Below, one piece after another: positions 1-7,747 of a DNA stretch of 45,437 bases. The notes below the pieces were generated by a model, which was not told the DNA's origin, made no database searches, and was given only the letters and a program-made list of their open reading frames with translations. The position numbers and the translations under genes are program-made. This DNA comes from Candidatus Kapaibacterium sp. GTDB taxonomy: Bacteria; Bacteroidota; Ignavibacteria; Kapaibacteriales; UBA2268. How positions within the stretch are numbered: the stretch's first letter is position 1; each line of letters opens with the position of its first letter. Location: NCBI GenBank assembly GCA_026390675.1, contig JAPLFM010000187.1:2012-47448 (forward strand), read 5' to 3'.

Positions 1-1
1 C

Positions 2-3000
2 CAAACAGTAAATGCACTTTGTCCTGGCACTACATATTACGTTCGAGCTTATGCAACAAATAGTGCTGGTACAAGCTATGGGGCAACTGAAACGTTTAGT
101 ACTACAGCCAATGCAGGTGATATTTGGATACAAAAAGCTAATTTTGGGGGTGGAACAAGAGAAGGAACTGTCGGATTCTCAATTGGTACAAAAGGATATT
201 TTGGTATTGGAGAATCTAATGCAGCTATTAAACAAGATTTTTGGGAATATGATCCAACGACTGATGTTTGGACGCAAAAAGCAAACTTTGGTGGTGGAGG
301 AAGACAATCAGCGGTAGGGTTTTCAATTGGAACTAAAGGCTATGTTGGAACTGGAGGGAATGGAACATATTATAATGATTTTTGGGAATACGATCCATCA
401 ACTAATGTTTGGACATCAAAAGCTACATTTGGTGGTGTTGCAAGAGCTTATGCAGTTGGATTTAGTATTGGATCAAAAGGATATATTGGTACTGGAATTG
501 ATAATAGTACAAACAAATTACAAGATTTTTGGGAATATAATCCTTCAGGAAATACTTGGACACAAAAAACAAACTTTCCAGGTGTAGGTAGGTTTAATGC
601 AGGTGGATTTAATATTGGAACAAAAGGGTATATTGGTGTTGGTCTTGATGGAAGCACCGATTTAAAAGATTTTTATGAATATGATCAAAGTTCAAATTTA
701 TGGACTCAAAAAGCTGATTATTTAGGTGGAGTAAATGAATTATCAGTTGGTTTAAGTATTGGAAATAAAGGTTATTTTGGTATTGGAACTTCGTCATTAA
801 AAGAATTGTATGAATATGATCCAACTCAAAATTTTTGGATACGAAAAACTGATTTTCCTGGAACTGGACGTTGGTTCGGTGCAGGGTTTAGCATTGGTAA
901 TAAGGGCTATATTGGTACTGGAATACTTCAAGGACCTAATACTTATTACCAAGATTTCTACGAATACACACCCAACACAATACCACAATTCATAAGTGGA
1001 AGTGCTGGAAGTATAACAAGTAGTGGAGCAGTAATTAGTGCAACTTATGATGCAAATTACAATGGATGCTCAAGTTCTGCAATAACAGACCATGGCTTGG
1101 TATGGCATACAGCCACAGCACCAACAACAGGTACAAATACAGGAACTGTATCGGCAGGAGCTGGAACAAGTACAATATCGCATACTATTACAGGGCTATC
1201 TGCTAATACCACTTACTATGTTCGTAGCTATTCCACATCAGCTCAAGGTACACGTTATGGCAATGAAGTAAGTTTCACAACATCTGCTGGAGCTCCAACA
1301 GTTACAACAACTGCCATAAGTAATATACTAAGCACAACAGCTGATGGTGGCGGAAATGTAACAGCCAATAATGGAGCAGTAGTAACAGCTCGTGGAGTTG
1401 TTTGGGATATATCAACAAGCCCAACAATAGCTTTATCAACTAAAACAAGTGATGGAACTGGAAATGGAGCATTTACAAGTTCAATTACTGGCTTAAGTCC
1501 AGGTACAACATATTATGTCAGAGCTTATGCAACTAATAGTGCCGGCACAGCCTATGGTAGTGAAGTATCTTTTACAACTTTAGCAGTACCACCCACTTTG
1601 TCAACTACAGCTATTAGTTCAATAGGAACAACCACAGCAAGTAGTGGAGGCAATATTACAGCAAGTGGTGGAGCAAGTGTAACAGCTCGCGGAGTAGTTT
1701 GGGATATTGTAACAAGTCCATCAACTACATTATCAACTAAAACAAGTGATGGAACAGGAACTGGAATATTTACAAGTTCAATTACAGGCTTAACTCCAGG
1801 CACTACATACTATGTGAGAGCTTATGCAACTAATAGTGCTGGTACAAGTTACGGCAATGAAGTATCATTTTCAGCATTACCTGATATACCTACTCTTACT
1901 ACTACAGCAATCAGTAGTATAACATCATCTGCAGCTAGTAGTGGTGGAAATATTACAGCAAATAATGGAGCAGCAGTAACAGCTCGTGGTGTAGTTTGGG
2001 ATATAGCAACAAGCCCAACAATAGCACTTTCAACTAAAACAAGTGATGGCAGTGGAAATGGAGCTTTTGCAAGTTCTATAACAGGTCTTTCACCAGGCAC
2101 AACTTATTATGTTCGTGCTTATGCTACTAATTCTGCTGGTACAGCCTATGGTAGCGAAGTATCTTTTACAACTTTAGCAGTACCACCTACTTTAACAACG
2201 ACAGCAATTTCAGCAATAACTACAATATCAGCAACTAGCGGTGGTAATATAAGTGCAAGTGGTGGAGCAAGTGTAACAGCACGTGGAGTAGTTTGGGATA
2301 TAGCAACAAGTCCAACAATTGCACTAGCAACAAAAACAAGTGATGGAACTGGTATAGGAGTGTTCGTAAGCTCTATTACAGGATTAACTCCTGGCACAAC
2401 ATATTATGTAAGAGCTTATGCTACTAATAGTGCTGGCACTAGTTACGGAAATGAAGTTTCGTTTTCTGCTTTACCTGATGTGCCGACTTTAACAACGACA
2501 GCAATAAGTAGTATTTTAAACACTACAGCAAGTAGTGGTGGAAATATAACAAATAATAATGGTGCAGCAGTAACAGCACGTGGAGTAGTTTGGGATATAG
2601 CATCAAGTCCAACAATAGCTTTAGCAACCAAAACAAGTGATGGAACTGGAAATGGAGCATTTACAAGTTCAATAACTGGCTTGTCACCAGGTACAACATA
2701 TTATGTAAGAGCTTATGCAACTAATAGTGCTGGCACAGCCTATGGTAGTGAAGTATCTTTTACAACTTTAGCCGTACCACCCACTTTATCAACTACAGCA
2801 ATTAGTTCAATAGGAACAACAACTGCAAGTAGTGGAGGAAATATTACAGCAAGTGGTGGAGCAAGTGTAACAGTTCGTGGAGTAGTTTGGGATGTAGCAA
2901 CAAGCCCAACAACAGCATTAGCAACAAAAACAAGTGATGGAACTGGAACAGGCATTTATACTAGCTCAATAACAGGATTAACACACTATACAACCTACTA

Positions 3001-4297
3001 TGTAAGGAGTTATGCTACCAATAGTGCAGGGACAGCTTATGGCAATGAAGTTTCTTTTACAACTTTAGCCGATCTACCTACAATTACAACTTCAGCTATA
3101 AGTAATATAACAATTAACTCAGCAAGTGGTGGTGGTACTGTGTCAAGTGATGGTGGAGCAGCAGTAACTTCTTATGGGTTAGTTTGGAGTGAAACAGCTA
3201 CGCCAACAATTTCTTCTAACCGAGGAATAAGTAATGATGGATCTGGCACAGGTGCTTTTACATCTAGTATAACAAGTTTGGATGATGGTACTTTGTTTTA
3301 TGCAAGAGCCTATGCAACAAATATTGCAGGTACAGCCTATGGTAACACAACTAGCTTTACTACTCTTGCTTTGCCAACAATTGCAGATTCTAGCCAACCT
3401 TTTACAAATGTAACAAATTCAACAGTCAAAGTTTCTGGAAGGATTGTATCTTTTGGAGATGGAGGTCTAATTGAACAAGGATTTGCTTGGGCTACTCATT
3501 CTGGTGTAACTACTTCCGATACTAAAGCACTATCAAGCAATATAGCAATTGGTCCAGTTTCATTCACTGTAAGAAACTTACCAATAGCATCACAAATCTA
3601 TTTTGTTCAATTTGTAACAACTTCTCTGGGTACAGTTTATGGCGAAGAATTTGAGATAAGAACATTGAACTACACCGATACAGATGGCGATGGAATAAGT
3701 GATGAAGTAGAGCAAGCTGGTGGTAATAATGGAGATTCAAATAGAGATGGTATTCCAGATTACTTACAAGGTGGAGTTACAACAGTAGCCACAAATTTAC
3801 CAGTAGGCTCAAATTCAGCAAACTCATTAAGTCCTAGTGGAGTAAATTACATTACGGTCCAAGCATTAGGGTGTAACTCAATATCAGATGTATTTACTAA
3901 TAAAAATTTAGTAGATAAAAATTACCATTATCCAGTAGGTATAGTAGAATTTAAAGTACCATGTGGTACAGCAAGAGTAAAGATTTATTATCATAATTAT
4001 CGTTCACTTCAAGGCTATGTTTACAGAAAGTTAAATCAATATGGCAATTGGATTACTTACTCAGGTGCAGTTTTCGGAACAGAAAACTTTAATGGAAAGC
4101 AAGTAGCAACAGTAATATTAGATTTAAAGGATGGAAGTAATGGTGATAGCGATGGATTAACAGATGGAGTTATAACTGATCCAGGAGGACCTGCTTTATT
4201 AATAGAACCAGCAATCATTCCTGTTTGGGATTGGAAATATGTTGTTTTGCTAATGAGTTTGTTTGGATTTTGGATTTACAAAAGCAAAATTCTGTAG
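2..4297 (+). CDS. Giant secreted/cell-surface repeat protein, 5' end outside the window. It has six Kelch-like propeller blades, about ten ~99-aa Ig/FN3-like modules, an Asp-rich Ca-binding-like segment, a choice-of-anchor-like domain and a C-terminal TM anchor.
   Basis: Frame 2 is open from nt 2. My translation of nt 2-805 reads QTVNALCPGTTYYVRAYATNSAGTSYG..., followed by repeated FWEYDPxxNxWTxKxxFxGxxRxxAVGFSIGxKGYxGxG blades. These run without a stop into the ORF-track entry 806..4297, so the listed Met is internal. Stop at 4295-4297. Confidence 0.9.
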   Translation, partial: QTVNALCPGTTYYVRAYATNSAGTSYGATETFSTTANAGDIWIQKANFGGGTREGTVGFSIGTKGYFGIGESNAAIKQDFWEYDPTTDVWTQKANFGGGGRQSAVGFSIGTKGYVGTGGNGTYYNDFWEYDPSTNVWTSKATFGGVARAYAVGFSIGSKGYIGTGIDNSTNKLQDFWEYNPSGNTWTQKTNFPGVGRFNAGGFNIGTKGYIGVGLDGSTDLKDFYEYDQSSNLWTQKADYLGGVNELSVGLSIGNKGYFGIGTSSLKELYEYDPTQNFWIRKTDFPGTGRWFGAGFSIGNKGYIGTGILQGPNTYYQDFYEYTPNTIPQFISGSAGSITSSGAVISATYDANYNGCSSSAITDHGLVWHTATAPTTGTNTGTVSAGAGTSTISHTITGLSANTTYYVRSYSTSAQGTRYGNEVSFTTSAGAPTVTTTAISNILSTTADGGGNVTANNGAVVTARGVVWDISTSPTIALSTKTSDGTGNGAFTSSITGLSPGTTYYVRAYATNSAGTAYGSEVSFTTLAVPPTLSTTAISSIGTTTASSGGNITASGGASVTARGVVWDIVTSPSTTLSTKTSDGTGTGIFTSSITGLTPGTTYYVRAYATNSAGTSYGNEVSFSALPDIPTLTTTAISSITSSAASSGGNITANNGAAVTARGVVWDIATSPTIALSTKTSDGSGNGAFASSITGLSPGTTYYVRAYATNSAGTAYGSEVSFTTLAVPPTLTTTAISAITTISATSGGNISASGGASVTARGVVWDIATSPTIALATKTSDGTGIGVFVSSITGLTPGTTYYVRAYATNSAGTSYGNEVSFSALPDVPTLTTTAISSILNTTASSGGNITNNNGAAVTARGVVWDIASSPTIALATKTSDGTGNGAFTSSITGLSPGTTYYVRAYATNSAGTAYGSEVSFTTLAVPPTLSTTAISSIGTTTASSGGNITASGGASVTVRGVVWDVATSPTTALATKTSDGTGTGIYTSSITGLTHYTTYYVRSYATNSAGTAYGNEVSFTTLADLPTITTSAISNITINSASGGGTVSSDGGAAVTSYGLVWSETATPTISSNRGISNDGSGTGAFTSSITSLDDGTLFYARAYATNIAGTAYGNTTSFTTLALPTIADSSQPFTNVTNSTVKVSGRIVSFGDGGLIEQGFAWATHSGVTTSDTKALSSNIAIGPVSFTVRNLPIASQIYFVQFVTTSLGTVYGEEFEIRTLNYTDTDGDGISDEVEQAGGNNGDSNRDGIPDYLQGGVTTVATNLPVGSNSANSLSPSGVNYITVQALGCNSISDVFTNKNLVDKNYHYPVGIVEFKVPCGTARVKIYYHNYRSLQGYVYRKLNQYGNWITYSGAVFGTENFNGKQVATVILDLKDGSNGDSDGLTDGVITDPGGPALLIEPAIIPVWDWKYVVLLMSLFGFWIYKSKIL
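119..985 (+). repeat. Six tandem Kelch-like beta-propeller blade repeats (coding, ~144-150 nt period)
   Basis: The peptide motif (F/L)(W/Y)EYDPxxNxW(T/I)xKxxFxGxxRxxxxGFSIGxKGYxGxG recurs six times in frame 2. The closing FYEYTP lies at ~958-975. Confidence 0.75.
1293..3074 (+). repeat. In-frame 297-bp tandem coding repeat: six high-identity copies arranged as three 594-bp A/B super-repeats. More diverged copies flank it at ~990-1292 and 3075-3670.
   Basis: Spurious antisense ORFs in the track recur at 1552, 1849, 2146, 2443 and 2740, exactly 297 nt apart. The module peptide is TTTAISxIxxTxAxSGGNITxxxGAxVTARGVVWDIxTSPTxxLxTKTSDGTGxGxFxSSITGLxPGTTYYVRAYATNSAGTxYGxEVSF. Junctions alternate between TTLAVPPTL and SALPD(I/V)PTL. 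Confidence 0.9.
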
Positions 4298-4306
4298 TAT
4301 AGAATA

Positions 4307-4538
4307 TTACGCAATATCTACACAATATCCACGTCTTATATTATTCTGTTTTGTCCTCTCTCCAGACGTGGAGAGAGTTAGAGAGAGGTCTCTTAGGGAA
4401 GTAGTTTGAACAAACAAAAGTCGTTTTTTGTCACTCCGAATTTGTGAGGAGTCAAGTGTTTCTGGATTTTTTGTTTCACTCAAAATGACCAAAAAATCAA
4501 AAAAACGCTAAATCACTGCAAAAACTGAAATAAATAAA
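4307..4538. repeat. Mosaic intergenic repeat, left copy (22-nt block 4307-4328 plus 127-nt block 4412-4538), upstream of hicBA
   Basis: ttacgcaatatctacacaatat recurs at 5322-5343. Block 4412-4538 (aaacaaaagtcgttttttgtcactccgaatttgtgaggagtcaag...ctgaaat) recurs at 5396-5522 with one mismatch in my reading. Between the two blocks lies an unrelated palindromic module (ccacgtct...agacgtgg, cctctctc...gagagagg). Confidence 0.9.
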
Positions 4539-4827
4539 TTTAAGTAACATATTGAAAATTAATGAGTTGAATTGAAATAAGTCAAAAATATATTTGGAAA
4601 ACTTATTTGGAAAATTTTTCCAAAAAATCACTTTGGTTTTGGTTTCTTCCTCCCATTTCAATGAAAAGAAACTTTGAAAAGATAGAAAATTGCGACATCA
4701 ATTTGTAATTTGTATTCTTGAAGTTAGAGTGAACCATTTTATAGTTTTACTTTATACAACAAAAATAAAAATTATTCGACTTATGTATTAAATTTTACTT
4801 TCAATTTTTAATCAATTAGGATTTAAT

Positions 4828-5028
4828 ATGAATTATTCAGCTATTCTCCAAAAAGAAGATGACTTATATGTTGCATATTGTCCTGAAATTGGAACTGCAA
4901 GTCAAGGAAAAAACATTGAAGAAGCAATCGAAAATCTAAAAGAAGCAACTGAACTATATTTAGAAGAATTTCCAAGTAAAAAAAAGAGTATGGTTCTGAT
5001 GACTACATTTGAGCTTGAAAATGTCTAA
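4828..5028 (+). CDS. hicB: HicB-family antitoxin (UPF0150-like, short form)
   Basis: 66 aa. MNYSAILQKEDDLYVAYCPEIGTASQGKNIEEAIENLKEATELYLEE matches the conserved HicB N-terminal fold signature (YxAxxPExxGxxxQGxTxEEAxxNxxEAxxLxLE). It overlaps the downstream hicA start. Confidence 0.8.
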   Translation: MNYSAILQKEDDLYVAYCPEIGTASQGKNIEEAIENLKEATELYLEEFPSKKKSMVLMTTFELENV

Positions 5029-5257
5029 GCTAAATAGAATTTCTGGTAACAAAGCTATCAAAGTTTTAACAAAATTAGGTTTTTCTTTTGTAAGACAAAA
5101 AGGTAGCCATGTTATTATGAAAAAGAATACTCTAAATGGTGAAATTGGATGTGTTGTACCTTTACATGACGTTTTAGCAATTGGTACATTATCTAATATA
5201 TTGAAACAAGCGAATTTATCTAAAGAAGAATTTTTAGAGACATTAAAAACAATATGA
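5021..5257 (+). CDS. hicA: HicA-family mRNA interferase toxin (YcfA-like)
   Basis: MSKLNRISGNKAIKVLTKLGFSFVRQKGSHVIMKK is the typical HicA core (LxxxGFxxxRxxGSHxxxxK). I prefer the ATG at 5021 over the TTG at 5009 in the track; the ATG overlaps the hicB stop by 8 nt. Confidence 0.8.
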   Translation: MSKLNRISGNKAIKVLTKLGFSFVRQKGSHVIMKKNTLNGEIGCVVPLHDVLAIGTLSNILKQANLSKEEFLETLKTI

Positions 5258-5321
5258 AATGGTCTATTTGCATTATGAGCTTCCCTAGAAGAGATTGCAA
5301 TAATTTAGAAGAGATAAATCG

Positions 5322-5522
5322 TTACGCAATATCTACACAATATATTCGTTATCTTCATATTAATTAAAGTGGTTCTTTTGCAATGCACTTTGGAAAAACA
5401 AAAGTCGTTTTTTGTCACTCCGAATTTGTGAGGAGTCAAGTGTTTCTGGATTTTTTGTTTCACTCAAAATGACCAAAAAATCAAAAAAACGCTAAATCAC
5501 TGCAAAAACTGAAATGAATAAA
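5322..5522. repeat. Mosaic intergenic repeat, right copy, downstream of hicBA
   Basis: Direct-repeat partner of 4307-4538 (blocks 5322-5343 and 5396-5522). Further shared modules follow at 5579-5618 and 5777-5810 (ctttggaaaacttatttggaaaat...). Confidence 0.9.
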
Positions 5523-5934
5523 ATCATAATAAAGCATTGAAAAGTATAGGGTTAAACAGATTTTAACCAAAAAACGTACTTTGGAAAACTTATTTGGAAA
5601 ATTGCGACAGCAATTTGTCTTCCGCCATCTTGATTTTGTATTGTTAAAGTGGGGTTCTTAATTGGATGTATTTTGAAAAGTAAAAGCTGTGCTTTAGCCC
5701 TTAAACAAAAATTTTAGATTCCTGCCTTCGCAGGAATGACATAAAAAAATATCGTCTAAATTTGACAAAAAACAAACTTTGGAAAACTTATTTGGAAAAT
5801 TTTTCCAAACTTTTACAAAATACATAAATTATTACACAAAATTTTTAAAGCATTTAGTTTTTATATGATAGTATATAAACAATAAAATTAGGCAAACTTT
5901 GTTCTTATAATATAAATATTAATAGGAATGAAAA

Positions 5935-6900
5935 ATGTCTTACAAAATTGAACAAATAGAATATTACTTACCAGATAAAATTATTGATAATGACTTTTTA
6001 TCAATTGAATGTGGAATTGACAAAGCATTTACAGAAGATAAAGTAGGTATAAAAGAACGTAGAATTGCTGCACCTTTAGAAACAACATCACAAATGGCAA
6101 TCTCTGCCGGAAAAAAATTAATAGATTCTGGAAAAGTGAACGTAGAAGATATTGATATGCTTCTATTATGCACTCAAAACCCTGATTACAGACTTCCAAC
6201 CACTGCATGTATTGTGCAAGATAGATTAGGTTTGAAAACCTCAGTAATGGCTTTTGATATCAACCTAGGATGCTCTGGTTTTGTTTATTCTTTACCAATA
6301 GCAGGCAATTTTATTTCAAATGGTAAATTCAAAAAAGCAATGCTAATAATGGCAGATCAGTATTCTAAAATAATAAACTACAAAGATAAGAATACAGCCT
6401 CAATATTTGGTGATGCAGCTACAGCTATCATACTATCTCAATGTGAAGAAGGCTATGGTGTAATTGATTCAAATTTTGGTACTGATGGTAGTGGATGGGA
6501 TAAATTAATTGTTCCAAATACTGGAGTAGCTTTTGATAATGAAAAATCAAATGAACTTTATATGGATGGGCGAGAAATTTTTAAATTCTCTGTTCAAGTA
6601 GTTCCTAAAAATGTAAATGATATATTAGAAAAGAATAATTTGAAATCTGAAGACATTAAGCATTTTGTTTTTCATCAAGCCAATAAATATATGCTTGGTG
6701 AATTGAAAAAAAGATTAAAACTAACAGATGAGCAAATGATAATAGATATGGAACTATATGGTAATACAGTTTCATCTACCATTCCAATAGCATTAAAAAA
6801 CTTGATGGAAAAAGGAACTTTGCAAAAAGGCGACTTGCTTTTATTCACAGGATTTGGTGTTGGCTTATCGTGGTCAAGTGTATTATATAGATATATATAA
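5935..6900 (+). CDS. fabH: 3-oxoacyl-ACP synthase III (KAS III / FabH family)
   Basis: 321 aa. It has the active-site Cys context DINLGCSGFVYSL, the His in FHQANKYM and the Asn in YGNTVSSTIP, plus the C-terminal GFGVGLSW typical of FabH-like thiolase-fold enzymes. Confidence 0.85.
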   Translation: MSYKIEQIEYYLPDKIIDNDFLSIECGIDKAFTEDKVGIKERRIAAPLETTSQMAISAGKKLIDSGKVNVEDIDMLLLCTQNPDYRLPTTACIVQDRLGLKTSVMAFDINLGCSGFVYSLPIAGNFISNGKFKKAMLIMADQYSKIINYKDKNTASIFGDAATAIILSQCEEGYGVIDSNFGTDGSGWDKLIVPNTGVAFDNEKSNELYMDGREIFKFSVQVVPKNVNDILEKNNLKSEDIKHFVFHQANKYMLGELKKRLKLTDEQMIIDMELYGNTVSSTIPIALKNLMEKGTLQKGDLLLFTGFGVGLSWSSVLYRYI

Positions 6901-6933
6901 AATATTTATTGCTATAATCGTCCAAACTAGTCT

Positions 6934-7296
6934 ATGGAAATTGAAATTATCAGAAACAAACTACTATCATTTGACTTATGTACCGAAGAAACTCCTTGGG
7001 GCGAAGACACTTTGGTTTATAAATTTATGGGTAAAGTTTTTGCAATCTTGGGAATAGATGATATTCCAGCAAGACTTAATCTAAAATGTGATCCAAATAG
7101 GTCTAGTGAGCTAAGAGAGGAATATTCAAGCATTAGTGGAGCTTTTCACATGAATAAAGTTCATTGGAATAGCTTAATATTAGATGATTCCATACCTCAT
7201 AATTTGATTTTTGAACTAACAAATCATTCTTATGATTTGATAAAAAGTAAAATACCTAAAAAGAAAGTTCAAGAATTTTTAGGGGAAATAAATTAG
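6934..7296 (+). CDS. MmcQ/YjbR-family protein (putative DNA-binding)
   Basis: 120 aa. WGEDTLVYKFMGKVFAIL, NLKCDP and HMNKVHWNSLIL resemble the MmcQ/YjbR signature. Recognised from memory only. Confidence 0.6.
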   Translation: MEIEIIRNKLLSFDLCTEETPWGEDTLVYKFMGKVFAILGIDDIPARLNLKCDPNRSSELREEYSSISGAFHMNKVHWNSLILDDSIPHNLIFELTNHSYDLIKSKIPKKKVQEFLGEIN

Positions 7297-7683
7297 ATGA
7301 GATCTTTGATAATAAGAATTAATTCAGATTACCTTGGCATTACTAGTTCAGTTCTTTGTTTGATACATTGTCTTGCTTTACCAATTATTTTTATTTTTAC
7401 AGGTTATGCAGGTCTAAATAAAACGCATATATTAGGAATTGGTGTAGATTATATTTTTGCAATTCTTGCTTTAGTTGCTGCAGTTTATACAGCTCGCCAT
7501 GCACATTTGCCTTACATAAAATTTTCTTTAATTATAGGTTGGTTGCTTTTTATTTCAGGTATTTTATTAGAAGAATATGGATCTTGGCATTATTTAATGC
7601 ATTTTGGTTCTGCTACTTTAATATTTTCACATTATCATAATATTAGAACTTGCAATAGAATTCATTGTGATAATGAGCATTAA
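7297..7683 (+). CDS. MerC-like small membrane protein
   Basis: 128 aa with about four hydrophobic helices. The N-terminal SSVLCLIHCLALPI (CxxxC within TM1) is typical of the MerC family. Its start abuts the previous stop (TAG ATG). Confidence 0.6.
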   Translation: MRSLIIRINSDYLGITSSVLCLIHCLALPIIFIFTGYAGLNKTHILGIGVDYIFAILALVAAVYTARHAHLPYIKFSLIIGWLLFISGILLEEYGSWHYLMHFGSATLIFSHYHNIRTCNRIHCDNEH

Positions 7684-7747
7684 TATATGGATTTTTGTTA
7701 AATTCCAATAGTTATAAAAACAAAAAACAAAAAACTAAGTAACATTA

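Noticed and set aside
12-995. ORF-track entries 12..317, 327..587, 448..657(-), 609..824(-), 797..988(-) and 810..995
   Set aside because: All lie in alternative frames or antisense to the continuous frame-2 reading frame (nt 2-4297), which encodes convincing Kelch-like repeats. Their translations are low-complexity echoes of the repeat periodicity.
1552-3397. Series of 62-83-aa minus-strand ORFs (1552, 1849, 2146, 2443, 2740, 3179)
   Set aside because: They recur at exactly the 297-nt repeat period and are antisense shadows of the tandem coding repeat. They are useful only as evidence for the periodicity.
4307-4492. 61-aa minus-strand ORF in the intergenic region after the giant protein
   Set aside because: It is built entirely from the palindromic/REP-like modules that are duplicated at 5322-5522. 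It has no start context and an implausible sequence.
5009-5020. TTG start for hicA given in the ORF track
   Set aside because: The ATG at 5021 gives the canonical HicA N-terminus (MSKLNRISG...) and a typical 8-nt overlap with the hicB stop. The four extra residues have no support.
4307-5522. hicBA plus flanking repeats as a bona fide transposon or insertion sequence
   Set aside because: There is no transposase or integrase. The flanking repeats are direct rather than inverted, and their internal modules are arranged differently on each side. I kept it as a repeat-bracketed module only.
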